DNA of 64,000 nt from an uncultured Chloroflexia bacterium (lineage in GTDB: Bacteria; Chloroflexota; Chloroflexia; QHBQ01; JADMIH01), in the NCBI GenBank assembly GCA_963797095.1, contig CAWCNY010000006.1:800001-864000 (forward strand), written 5' to 3'. The translations under genes were made by a program, and so were the position numbers. Positions 21,137-30,935 of this stretch are shown one piece after another. The first letter of the stretch is position 1; each line of letters opens with the position of its first letter. The notes beneath the pieces are model-generated. The model was not told the DNA's origin. It searched no databases and saw only the letters and a program-made list of their open reading frames with translations.

Positions 21137-21236
21137 TGAATTCGCCCCTTACTGCCCCAATCATGCCTCAAGAGCAAGTCCCATTGAGCCTGTCAAAACC
21201 GCAGGCAACGCTGCCAATCTCCTCTGAAAATAAGAG

Positions 21237-22481
21237 TTAGGCCACTTGTTGAACCTGTTGAATAGGCACAAGCTGCACCTGGTATCCAAGGCTCTCCAAG
21301 CGACGGACTGCCCGCTTCTCTACCATCTGCCGTTCTCGCTCATCAAAGTAGTTGCCTCCCAACTCCTGGTATGATACCCGACGCAAAAGCACATGATACA
21401 CAATCACCAAGATAGAATGAGCTACCGCTACCATCGCTCTCTTGCTCCCTCTTCTACGCACCAACCGCCCGTATTGAGCCGCCAGGTATGTGCCTTTGGT
21501 ACGCACTGCCCCATGTGCTGCCTCTATCAGCACCGCCTTGAGCCACGGACTTCCCTTGCGCGTCTTCCCACTCAACCGTTTACCCCCGCTCTGGTTGTTG
21601 CCCGGACACATGCCCGCCCAAGAAGCCAGGTGGTGCGCAGACGCAAATCGGGTCATGTCCACTCCTATCTCCGCTACCAGCACTTGAGCCGCTCGCTCCG
21701 AGATGCCCGGCACACTGTCCAACATTTCCAACTGCCCCTCCTCAACGAAAGGGCGCGCGCTCTCCTCAATCTCGGTGCTCACTCTCTCTATGGACGCATC
21801 AAGATAGTCAATGTGTCCAAGGTGCTCGGCTATCATGAAGCGGTGGTATCCGCGCACTCTACCGGAAAGAGCCGCCACCAACGCTTCGTGCTTCTCCCTC
21901 AGCCGTCCCTGGGCGAGATCGGCCAAGATATTGGCATCAGTCTGCCCATCAACCAGCGCACCCAACATGGCTCTGGCCGATACACCCATAATATCGGTGG
22001 CAACTCCTGCCAGCTTGATGTTGGCATCCTCCAGTATCTTCTGCAACCGATTGATGGTATTCGCTTTCTCCCTCACCAGCGTAGTGCGGAAGCGGGTCAA
22101 CTCCCGCAGGTCACGTTGTGCGGCATCTGGGATGAAGCTCCCTCGGAGCAACCCGTGCCGAAGCAGATCGGCTATCCACTCCGAGTCCTTGACATCGGTC
22201 TTACGACCAGGCACTGCCTTGATATGCTGGGCGTTGACCACCAACAACTCGAACTGCTCGTAGCCTTCCAACAGGTTGTAGATTGGCTTCCAGTAAACGC
22301 CGGTGGACTCCATCGCCACATGGGTGCACCCAACTTGCGCCAGCCAATCAGCCATGTGCAATATGTCGGCGGTCATGGTACTGAAGGTACGTACCGCCTT
22401 ACCAGAGGGAGTGAGCAAACAAGCCACTATCGTCTTCTTGTGTACATCAAGACCACAGCATCGCTCGTAAATCGCGTTCAT
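21237..22481 (-). CDS. IS110-family DEDD recombinase/transposase, 414 aa
   Basis: GLDVHK, MESTG and KTDVKD (RuvC-like DEDD), SVPGI, and NQSGGK with the conserved Ser; AAGGAGGT RBS. Confidence 0.95.
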   Translation of the reverse strand: MNAIYERCCGLDVHKKTIVACLLTPSGKAVRTFSTMTADILHMADWLAQVGCTHVAMESTGVYWKPIYNLLEGYEQFELLVVNAQHIKAVPGRKTDVKDSEWIADLLRHGLLRGSFIPDAAQRDLRELTRFRTTLVREKANTINRLQKILEDANIKLAGVATDIMGVSARAMLGALVDGQTDANILADLAQGRLREKHEALVAALSGRVRGYHRFMIAEHLGHIDYLDASIERVSTEIEESARPFVEEGQLEMLDSVPGISERAAQVLVAEIGVDMTRFASAHHLASWAGMCPGNNQSGGKRLSGKTRKGSPWLKAVLIEAAHGAVRTKGTYLAAQYGRLVRRRGSKRAMVAVAHSILVIVYHVLLRRVSYQELGGNYFDERERQMVEKRAVRRLESLGYQVQLVPIQQVQQVA

Positions 22482-22506
22482 GGACCACCTTACCTCCTTG
22501 CTTGTA

Positions 22507-22546
22507 ATCTGATCCGATCTGATCCGATCTGATCCGATCTGATCCG
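22507..22546. repeat. Tandem repeat (ATCTGATCCG)4
   Basis: Four exact 10-bp copies between the candidate bridge RNA and the transposase RBS. Confidence 0.9.
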
Positions 22547-22549
22547 CGT

Positions 22550-22770
22550 AACGCTTTACAGTCAGTGCGAAGAGGTCAGCCAACAGGGTGCCCACTATGC
22601 AAAGAATCTCCTCTACGTGCTTCCCAAGAGAGACCCCAGTACAAGGATCCCCAGAATGGGAGCGACAGACAATGGTGCCTGGGGACACCCAGGTCATACT
22701 TAGGTACAGGCTCGTGGCACCAGACTTCGCCCGACCTTTAGCGTTGGCTGCCTCTCGCAGACTGCAGACT
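22550..22770 (-). ncRNA. Candidate IS110 bridge RNA (boundaries approximate)
   Basis: Contains an 8-nt copy of the left target flank (22697-22704) next to a hairpin, and a 10-nt copy of the right-end junction (22605-22614). A TATACT -10-like hexamer lies at 22773-22778. Confidence 0.65.
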
Positions 22771-22851
22771 AAAGTATAACCATTTTCATTCGCTATGGTG
22801 GCCCGTAGGGTCATGATTACTTAGGGGAAGAATTAGCCGGTGTCAACGAAA

Positions 22852-22920
22852 TTTAACAATTGATAATAAGATTTACAAGAAGTTTAACGATTGCGCACCC
22901 AGCCTTAAATGGTTCTTAAC
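22852..22920 (+). promoter_or_regulatory. Pho-box-like direct repeats upstream of the phosphatase gene
   Basis: TTTAAC 22852, TTTACA 22872, TTTAAC 22883, CTTAAA 22904 and CTTAAC 22915; two pairs are at 11-bp spacing. Confidence 0.5.
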
Positions 22921-23108
22921 AGTTCTCATATATACTGCTCGTCAGGGATCCAACATCCCACGAGGCGTGTTGCACCCGCTCCTGAAGAACACGCCCTCAA
23001 TTCTTACCACCTGCTATTGAGGCCATATTTACAGTTCAGGTGGAAAGGCTATCGAGTTTACTCTTTAGTTTCATTTAGTCACAGACTTTAATTCAGGAGG
23101 GAGCTCTT

Positions 23109-24626
23109 ATGTCTCTAAAGGTATGGTTCCGCGTGCTGGTGGCTGTGTTCATACTGCTTGCGGTGGCGAGTAATGCAAGCTTGATGGGAAGTAATAGCGC
23201 ACAGGCCGCTGGAACGTTCGACAAGATCAACCATTTTATCGTCATTTACCAGGAGAACCGCTCGTTCGATTCGCTTTATGGTCAATATCCGGGCGCAAAT
23301 GGGCTGGCCAATGCCGGGGCAGCCGTAAACCAGGTTGACAAAAGTGGCACCCCTTACACAACTTTGCCCCAGCCCCTCAACAGCAACCTCAAACCTGTTG
23401 CTCCCGATCCTCGTATCCCTGCTACTTTGCCTGTCCAACCGTTCGATCTGAGCCTCTATATAGCGCCCAATGACAAGACAGGCGACATGGTGCACCGCTA
23501 CTACCAGGAGCAATACCAGATCGACGGCGGCAAGATGGACAAGTTCGTCGCCTGGACCGATTCGCAAGGCCTGGTGATGGGCTACTACAACGGCACCAAC
23601 ATGCCCGAAGGTTTGCTTGCGCAGCAGTACACGATGGACGACAACTTCTTCCATGCAGCCTTCGGTGGCTCTTTCCTCAATCACATGTTCCTGGTCTGCG
23701 CGTGCGCTCCCTCCTGGCCTGATGCTCCCGCTTCCAAGGTCGCCAAGCTGGACGCCAACGGTGTTATTACCACCGATGGGGCAGTAACACCCGACTTCTA
23801 TGTGGTCAATACATCTTTCACGATCAATTCGCCCCACCCGCCCAACATCACCGATACCACCCAGCTCGTTCCTGAGCAGACCGCCCCCACAATCGGCGAC
23901 CGCCTGAGCGACAAAGGCATCTCCTGGGCATGGTATTCAGGCGGGTGGAACGATGCAATCGCAGGTAATCCCGATCCCTTGTTCCAATTCCATCACCAGC
24001 CGCTTGCCTTCTTTGCTAACTACGCTGACGGCACTTCCGGGCGCGCCGCGCACCTGAAGGATGAGAACGACTTCCTCACGGCTCTGCAAACCAACAGCCT
24101 GCCTGCCGTGTCGTTTGTCAAGCCTATCGGCGAGCAAAACGAGCACCCCGGCTACACCAGCCTGGCCGAGGGCCAGGAACACGTGGCGGACCTCGTCAAC
24201 GCTGTCAAGAACAGCCCGTACTGGGCCGACAGCGCGATCATCATCACTTACGATGAGAATGGCGGTTCCTGGGATCACGTAGCTCCTCCCGTTGTTGACA
24301 AGTGGGGCCCAGGTACGCGCGTGCCCACAATCATAATCTCGCCCTTTGCCAAGAAGGGGTTTGTGGATCACACTCAATACGATACCACCTCGATACTGAG
24401 GACAATCGAGCAGCGTTGGGATCTTGCGCCTGTGGCCTCGCGTGATGCCATCGTAAATGACCTTGCCAACTCGTTTGACTTCGGCACATCCGCTGTGAAC
24501 CCTGGAATGCCTACCACCGGCGAAAGTTCCTTCAACCTGTGGTGGGTCATTGTAGGCGCTGCCTGCCTGATCCTCATAGGCATGGCCATCGTCTTCCGCG
24601 ACCGCGTCCGCTCGCTACTTAGCTAG
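23109..24626 (+). CDS. Secreted AcpA-type acid phosphatase/phosphoesterase with a sortase-like anchor
   Basis: Signal peptide, QENRSFD (Ser nucleophile), GGSFLNH, NEHPG, YDENGG.WDHV and GTRVP; C-terminal MPTTG followed by a TM helix and basic tail. Confidence 0.9.
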   Translation: MSLKVWFRVLVAVFILLAVASNASLMGSNSAQAAGTFDKINHFIVIYQENRSFDSLYGQYPGANGLANAGAAVNQVDKSGTPYTTLPQPLNSNLKPVAPDPRIPATLPVQPFDLSLYIAPNDKTGDMVHRYYQEQYQIDGGKMDKFVAWTDSQGLVMGYYNGTNMPEGLLAQQYTMDDNFFHAAFGGSFLNHMFLVCACAPSWPDAPASKVAKLDANGVITTDGAVTPDFYVVNTSFTINSPHPPNITDTTQLVPEQTAPTIGDRLSDKGISWAWYSGGWNDAIAGNPDPLFQFHHQPLAFFANYADGTSGRAAHLKDENDFLTALQTNSLPAVSFVKPIGEQNEHPGYTSLAEGQEHVADLVNAVKNSPYWADSAIIITYDENGGSWDHVAPPVVDKWGPGTRVPTIIISPFAKKGFVDHTQYDTTSILRTIEQRWDLAPVASRDAIVNDLANSFDFGTSAVNPGMPTTGESSFNLWWVIVGAACLILIGMAIVFRDRVRSLLS

Positions 24627-24703
24627 ACTATGCTGGTTCCCGAAATATGACGTATCACATCCTGGATTGCGCCTCATAAGGCGCGACAACCAAACAGTTG
24701 TTA

Positions 24704-24744
24704 CAGCGTCCGAATGAGCTACCACGCGGCTCATTCGGACGCTG
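24704..24744. terminator. Hairpin downstream of the phosphatase gene
   Basis: cagcgtccgaatgagc-N9-gctcattcggacgctg, 16-bp stem. Confidence 0.6.
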
Positions 24745-24906
24745 CATTATTCGTAGCAGCAAACCCTGACTCTTACCCATCTTGGCGATTTCTCGCACCC
24801 TCGGTCCCTTCGCGGCTTATAATATGCCCATTCAAAGACGAGGCTGGTAAGCCCCTGGCCTGGGCCTCGAAGATCAAAGAATGAACATAAGGTTGTGGAG
24901 GGCAAC

Positions 24907-25335
24907 ATGCGAAAGCTATTCACTAAATTCGCCAAAGAAGCATCTCGCTGGACCGGCCATCCTGTAGCTTTCCTGACTGCGGTCCTGGTGATCGCTGTCT
25001 GGAGTATTACAGGTCCGCTCTTCAACTTCTCCGACACCTGGCAACTCGTCATCAACACCGGCACCACCATTATCACGTTCCTAATGGTCTTCCTGATCCA
25101 GAACACCCAGAACCGCGACACTGCCGCTTTGCAGGTCAAGATAGACGAGTTGATCTACGTTATCGAAAAGGCCAATAACTGTCTGCTCGACCTGGAAGAA
25201 CTTGAAGAAGATGAACTGGACGAAATTCGTTCCACATACGAGAGAGTGGCGCGTGAGGCCCGCGACTCCAGGAGGCAAGAGCAACGCGGCCCTTATGATG
25301 TAGAACCTGACGCTGCAAACACCCCGAATGGATGA
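24907..25335 (+). CDS. Low-affinity iron permease (Fet4-like) family protein
   Basis: FSDTWQLVINTGTTIITFLMVFLIQNTQNRD signature. Confidence 0.9.
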   Translation: MRKLFTKFAKEASRWTGHPVAFLTAVLVIAVWSITGPLFNFSDTWQLVINTGTTIITFLMVFLIQNTQNRDTAALQVKIDELIYVIEKANNCLLDLEELEEDELDEIRSTYERVAREARDSRRQEQRGPYDVEPDAANTPNG

Positions 25336-25520
25336 GCATTCCCCTCCTGAGCAAAACGCCAATCCACATCCTCAAGCAACTTTTCCACAGTACATCCGCA
25401 GCCATCCCACAACCACCCCACATGTTAGATATCTCATGCTATTATGTCCTACATCTGGCGACCGATCATGGAAGCCGCGAGCGATTCGCATCAAGCAGTA
25501 CCGAACTCAGGAGAACAGGC

Positions 25521-26729
25521 ATGATCCAACCGGCTATTTCCTCACCCTCTACACTCCCCTCCATTGGGGACCTGCTGGCGCGCGGCAAGCAAGCCGCGAT
25601 GATGGGCCAGCGCGACCTGGCGCGTGAGCTACTCGCGTATGTGGTCTATTTGGAGCCAGCCAACGCCGACGGCTGGCTCTGGCTCTCCGGCGTGGTCGAT
25701 TCTCCTGAGCAGGTACGCTACTGCCTTGAGCGTACGCTTCGCATCGATCCTCATAATGCACGTGCCCTGCGCGGTATGGAGTGGCTGGACTCTCGCCAGA
25801 AAGAGATCGATGAAGCGCGCGCTGCCGCCGAGCGCGTCAAGCCTTACTGGCAGACCTCCAAGCCCAAGCCGCTCCTGAACCTGATCAAGAAGCGCACTGA
25901 GGCTACCGGAGCCGTCACTGCCACCGGAGAGACTCACGGTGGGCGTAGCGTACCAAGTTGGACAGCTATGTCGCCCACCGCCATGACGCGCACCCGCTCG
26001 GCACGCTCCAATATGCCCACTATGCCGGTCTCAGCTGCCACCCTGGAAAAGATCACTGGCAGCAATTCCACTCTTTCGGCACCTGTCAAAGACCCCACTT
26101 ACAGGGATGAAGTGCTTTCCGCAGATGATGACCTTGCCCCCCGATTTGTGACCAATGCGGCGATCCACAACCTGTGGCATTCCGTCCAAAAGGTGACGGG
26201 CGACCTGGGCTTTGGGTCTATGCTCCAGCAAGCCGGGTTGGTCGAACTGAACGGCTATTTCCCGGAGCCTGACGAGATGCCTGCTATCAACTATACCCGC
26301 TTCAGCGCCTTCACCGAAGCTATGGAGGAGTTCTATGGCCCCGCTGTCGAGCCTATGGAGGTAAAGGTGGGGCGCGAGATGTTCAAAATTGAGCTTGCCA
26401 ATAAGACCAAGCTGGCGAACGCCAAGGGCATCACCTTCAAGTTGATGTCCGCTGAAAAGAAGCTCCAAACCATCCTCATGGAGCTTGCCGATGCCCATGC
26501 GCGGATGGGTATGGAAACCTACTTTGAGGAGCGTGAAGGCGGCTACCTGTTCGTTATCGAGACCTGCCCCTATTGCTACGGCAGACTGACCAATGCACGC
26601 TGCAACGTGACCACAGGCTACTTGCAGGCAGGCATCGAATGGGCCACCGGGCGCACAATCCCCGCCGAAGAGATCACCTGTCGCGGCCTGGACGAGCCTG
26701 AGTGTGCGTACTGGATACCTGCCGCTTGA
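25521..26729 (+). CDS. TPR-domain / V4R-domain protein
   Basis: N-terminal TPR (EPANADGWLWLS..CLERTLRIDPHN), disordered linker and C-terminal V4R (CPYC..C..G...EITC..C); AGGAG RBS. Confidence 0.75.
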   Translation: MIQPAISSPSTLPSIGDLLARGKQAAMMGQRDLARELLAYVVYLEPANADGWLWLSGVVDSPEQVRYCLERTLRIDPHNARALRGMEWLDSRQKEIDEARAAAERVKPYWQTSKPKPLLNLIKKRTEATGAVTATGETHGGRSVPSWTAMSPTAMTRTRSARSNMPTMPVSAATLEKITGSNSTLSAPVKDPTYRDEVLSADDDLAPRFVTNAAIHNLWHSVQKVTGDLGFGSMLQQAGLVELNGYFPEPDEMPAINYTRFSAFTEAMEEFYGPAVEPMEVKVGREMFKIELANKTKLANAKGITFKLMSAEKKLQTILMELADAHARMGMETYFEEREGGYLFVIETCPYCYGRLTNARCNVTTGYLQAGIEWATGRTIPAEEITCRGLDEPECAYWIPAA

Positions 26730-26762
26730 TATTGGATTTAGCTTAAGGTTGAGATTGACTGA

Positions 26763-26782
26763 AGGCGGCCTTAGGGCCGCCT
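26763..26782 (+). terminator. Probable intrinsic terminator
   Basis: aggcggcc-ttag-ggccgcct, followed shortly by a T-rich tract. Confidence 0.45.
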
Positions 26783-26867
26783 ACGTCGATTTTTGAAATT
26801 GGAAAGAGAGACCGCTATGGGCAACCTACGCCGCACCAAACCGTTACACATCTAAAGGGGGCCTGCT

Positions 26868-29121
26868 ATGAGACCACTTCTGAAGATTCGCAACCTGGGA
26901 GTGCTTTTGCTCCTGTTCGTGCTGTTGACTCCGTCGGCCCTGGTACAAGCAGAATCCCCTTGTAGCAGACTCTGCGTCCAACGTCATTGATCCTGGGTCG
27001 TTCATAATTGGCGTGAACTACGAAGGACCGACCGACCGCGCCTGGATGATGTGGGAGCCTGACAAGTTCGATGCGAACCTCATATCGCAGGATTTCGCCC
27101 GCGCCATCTCGGTAGGCATTAACACCGTGCGCATTTTCGTGCAGAAGCCTTTGCGCGACGACATCAACAAAGGCGACTACTCCAAGCTTGATGCTGTCAC
27201 CGGTCTTGCTCGCAAGTACGGCCTGCACCTCATCCTTACATTGACCGATTGGGCCGAGCCGGACCTGTCCAGCGCCGCCGATCTCAACCGCCTTATCGCC
27301 GCTCATCTGGCGGGCGAACCCTCAATCCTAGCCTACGATGTGAAAAACGAGCCTCAATTCACCGATATAGCCGGTGCTATCTACCCTGATAGCAGCGTGG
27401 TGCCTCTCCAGTTACCGGATACCCTATCCAAATACGAAGAAAAGGTATCGCGCTCCTCAATAGGCGAGTACCGCCGCAACTCGAACGGCCTTATTCCATC
27501 GCGCATGACCGACGATCAGGCTTATCTCTTCGCCAACTACTACGAGTTATACCGCGACTTCCTGAGTGACGCTTCCGGCTGGGTCAATAAGCACCCATCG
27601 ACTACCACCCTCGACTATATGGACTCCCCCAATTCCTCCAAATGGAGTACATATCTGGAGGCGTTGGATAGTACACTGGCGGCATGGGTGGGTGTGCAGA
27701 TGGCTCCGTTGCGAGAGGCCGACGCGGGCAGGCCCATTACGGTTGGCTACAGCAACATCGTCTTTGCCAAGCTCCCGTCCAATGTGCGACTCGACTTCCA
27801 GTCGGTGCACCGCTTCACCGGTCACGGCTACTCCGGCCTCAACGCAACTTTCCTGGTTCTTGAGAACCTCAAACATACCTTTGCACCCCAGCCTCTGATG
27901 CTGGAGGAGTTCGGCTATCCCGGCCAGATCAAGAACACCGATGGCAGCCTCACGGGCTACGACCCACGCACTACGGCCAACCTGGAGGCGGCGATCTGGG
28001 CTTATCTGTATACCAACGGATACATGGGTGGCGCCAAGTGGATGTTGAACAACTTTCCACAGGGCTACGATCCCGCTCAAAACAGCTTCGGAATGTTCGA
28101 CAACAACGGTCAGCCGAAGGTCACGGCCACCACACTCCGCGCTCTCTCCCAGGCACTTAGCGAAGGCGACCCCGGCTCGATGTCATTCTCAGGAATTAAG
28201 AGCGACGATGCGAACGCCGTGCAGTACGCGTTTATATCGCGCGCGGTGGCTATAGTGGGAGGCAAACAGTACACGGGGAAGGCTCTCACCTACACGGCGG
28301 ACGCTCCTGCTACTCTTGTGGCGACTACCGATGGCGGAACGATCACTCTATTTTCGTCAACCGCCGCCACCGTCACTCTATCTCTTTCCGCACTGTTCAG
28401 CATACCGGCAAGCGAAATAGGGCGCATCTCGCTTACTTCACAGGATAGCTCCGGCGCGACGTATAGCCCCAACCCGCCCTCGCTCGAAGGTGACACTCTG
28501 GTTCTCTCGGCCATGTATGGGCTACACACCTATCATCTGACTGCCATCCCGGCGGCTTTCGACCCGGCTGGCCCAACGCCCGATCCCGATACGGTCTATT
28601 TCCCGCAAACGCACCACAATCTGGGTGGTGATTTCCTGCGCTACTGGCAAGCGGGTGGTGGCCTTCCCATCTTCGGCTACCCTATATCCGAGCCACTGGT
28701 CGAGTATGGCAAGACGGTTCAATATTTCGAGCGCAACCGCTTTGAACTGCACCAGGAAAACCAACCGCCCTACAACGTCTTGCTGGGCAGGCTTGGGGCT
28801 GATATGACCGCCAACAGGGTCTTTGTGTCGGTCGATCCATTCCAACCCGATCCCGACCATGCTTACTTCCCCGAAACAGGCCATTCGCTCAATTACGCCT
28901 TCCTGGGCTACTGGAACAGACACGGCGGCCTTCCGGTGTTCGGCTACCCTATCTCAGAAGAGATCAAAGAGCGTAGCGCCACCGACGGGCAGGAGTACAC
29001 GGTTCAATATTTCGAGCGTGCCCGGTTTGAATACCACCCTGAGTACAAGGGCACCGACGCTGAAGTGCTGCTCGGCCTGCTGGGGATGGACGTAGTCAAA
29101 GCGCGAGGGTGGCAGCCCTGA
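26868..29121 (+). CDS. Secreted clan GH-A glycoside hydrolase with C-terminal YFPETGH-type repeats; frameshift near 26955-26960 separates the signal peptide
   Basis: GVNY, INTVRIF, YDVKNEP (acid/base) and LEEFG (nucleophile); two YFP.T.H..F..YW..GGL..FGYPISE..QYFER.RFE repeats. The signal peptide from ATG 26868 is out of frame by 1. Confidence 0.8.
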
Positions 29122-29161
29122 TAACTTCCTGGAGTATGCATCTGTCTCGGTCTTGATAAGG

Positions 29162-29800
29162 TTATTCAGCGCCCAGTTTAGGTTCTCTCCCGCTCAGGAG
29201 TTGCCCGATATTGTCGTGGAAGCCGAATATCACGAGCACGCCCCATAGCACCGCCCCAGGCACCAGCCATGATGAAATCGCGCCCGTCAGGCCAAGCGCG
29301 ATCACTGTGCCGACCCCTGCCAATGCGCCTACAATCGCGCCCCAGGCCATATAGCGCGTGACCAGGATCGCAACTCCGCCTGCCAGGAGTGCGGCAAGGG
29401 CCACCCACAGGCTGATTGTCAACATGGCTCCAACTCCTGTCATTATGCCCCTTCCTCCGCCCCACTTGCCCGCCAGCAAGCGCACCCACACCGACCGGTT
29501 GTGTCCAATTATGGCAGCACCGCCCGCAGTGCCCGCTGCTATGCCCGCCCACGCTTCATCAGGCCACCCTATGGAGCGCGCCACCAGCACCGCTACCAAG
29601 CCCTTGAGCAGGTCAAGGATCAGGACAATAGCGCCCGCCGCCGGGCCTGCCGCGCGGAAGGTATTGGTCGCACCCGTCTTACCGCTGCCAACGCTCAAGG
29701 GGTCGCGGCCCAGCAGGCGGCTGATGAGAAGTCCACTAGGGATGGCTCCCACCAGATAAGCGCCCGCCGCGACAGCGAGAAGGAGGAGGAGATCGGCCAC
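29162..29800 (-). CDS. plsY: Glycerol-3-phosphate acyltransferase PlsY
   Basis: YLVGAIPSG, GSGKTGATN, DLLKG, GH..S and GGRG motifs, plus HDNI..L..G.E.K. Confidence 0.85.
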   Translation of the reverse strand: MADLLLLLAVAAGAYLVGAIPSGLLISRLLGRDPLSVGSGKTGATNTFRAAGPAAGAIVLILDLLKGLVAVLVARSIGWPDEAWAGIAAGTAGGAAIIGHNRSVWVRLLAGKWGGGRGIMTGVGAMLTISLWVALAALLAGGVAILVTRYMAWGAIVGALAGVGTVIALGLTGAISSWLVPGAVLWGVLVIFGFHDNIGQLLSGREPKLGAE

Positions 29801-29803
29801 CGG

Positions 29804-30487
29804 TCAGTCGAGGATGGCGAAGGCGCGTACAGCAAATGAAGTGCCACCTACTATGGCAGGTGGCACAGCGAAAAAGCGGAATCCATCGGGCGGCAGCCCA
29901 TCGAGGCCGCGTATATGCTCGACAATAGGGATGTCGGCTGCCAGCAGGAGAGTATGGGCCGGGCGGGTGGTATCACCTCGCGTTCCCTTCGCGGGGTCGC
30001 CCATATTGTCAATATTGGCGCAATCAATACCTACGAGGGCTGCTCCACCTTTAACAAGTGCTTCGCAAGCAGCCGCTCCCAGGAAGGGGCCGGATCGGAA
30101 ATAGTCAGGGCTTTCCCACCTGCTGGACCAATCAGTCCGTATCAGCACGGCCCTGTCCCCGAAGTCCAGGCCATCGAATGTCTCAGGCCCGATCTCACCT
30201 TCTTGCACAGCGGTTACTAACAGGCCGGGGAGGTCGGCCAGCTTCTCAAGAGGCACTCCTGCAAGGTCGGCCCGTTCGGGGTGGCGGTGGAAGGGCGCGT
30301 CAATATATGTGCCCGTATTTCCACCCAACTCGAACACTGCCATCTGGAATGTCGTACCTGGGGCGTAGCTTCCTCGCTCCGCACTCTGCTCATGTGAGAG
30401 AAATACCCCAAAATGTGGCACGGGCAACCCGGGGTAAGCTGGCATACCCTCGTGCAGCTGGTGGCTAAGGTCGACAAACCTGGACAT
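29804..30487 (-). CDS. Cyclase (kynurenine formamidase-like) family protein
   Basis: DLSH, NTGTYIDAPFH, VGID and IVE motifs; AGGAGG RBS. Confidence 0.88.
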   Translation of the reverse strand: MSRFVDLSHQLHEGMPAYPGLPVPHFGVFLSHEQSAERGSYAPGTTFQMAVFELGGNTGTYIDAPFHRHPERADLAGVPLEKLADLPGLLVTAVQEGEIGPETFDGLDFGDRAVLIRTDWSSRWESPDYFRSGPFLGAAACEALVKGGAALVGIDCANIDNMGDPAKGTRGDTTRPAHTLLLAADIPIVEHIRGLDGLPPDGFRFFAVPPAIVGGTSFAVRAFAILD

Positions 30488-30587
30488 CGTTGTCCTCCTG
30501 CGTGATGCGTGATATGTGATACATGACCTGTAATATACTGCATACTTCGTACTGCTTACCTTGTCATTCGTAATCACGTTTCACGTT

Positions 30588-30803
30588 TCACTTTTGTTTG
30601 GCTTCCCCGAACCTTTCCTTTTTCACTTCTCGTTCGACGGCGCTTGCTTTTACCCACAGGTTGTCGTCTTCGTCAAGCCAGGTTTCGTTCATTGCATATC
30701 GAAGCGACTGGTGTGAGTAGCCGGGCAAGACGCGATAATCTCCTGTGATGGGGTCCCTCAACAAACCGTCTAATACTTTTAGTGAAGCTTCTAATTGTAT
30801 CAT
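30588..30803 (-). CDS. Small hypothetical protein
   Basis: AGGAGG RBS and protein-like composition. Confidence 0.55.
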   Translation of the reverse strand: MIQLEASLKVLDGLLRDPITGDYRVLPGYSHQSLRYAMNETWLDEDDNLWVKASAVEREVKKERFGEAKQK

Positions 30804-30935
30804 CGCGCTTTCCTCCTATCTCGACTTCTATAAAAGAGAGCAAGGGCCGCTCTTTTGTGAGAAGCGGTCCTTGCTCCTGCTTAGCTTGTCCAAGCATCTT
30901 TGCCTGTGTGTGCCTTATTATGGCATACTGGCGCT

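Larger units (their letters stand above)
21217..22817 (-). mobile_element. IS110-family element with a duplicated AT core at both junctions
   Basis: On the minus strand the left junction is cctaagta-AT-catgaccc and the right junction is ttttcagaggag-AT-tggcag. There are no TIRs, and a non-coding end of about 335 nt lies upstream of the transposase. Confidence 0.75.

Noticed and set aside
21393-22532. 379-aa antisense ORF over the IS110 transposase
   Set aside because: No RBS or motifs; explained as an antisense shadow.
22482-22814. 111-aa N-terminal extension of the IS110 ORF
   Set aside because: A strong RBS precedes ATG 22481, the RuvC motif follows within about 10 aa, and the upstream region looks like structured non-coding RNA with a tandem repeat.
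21217-22817. Sigma70 promoter formed at the IS110 circle junction
   Set aside because: The reconstructed junction gives no convincing -35/-10 pair at 16-18 bp spacing.
22940-23025. Riboswitch in the phosphatase leader
   Set aside because: Two short hairpins are present but match no aptamer consensus I can recognise.
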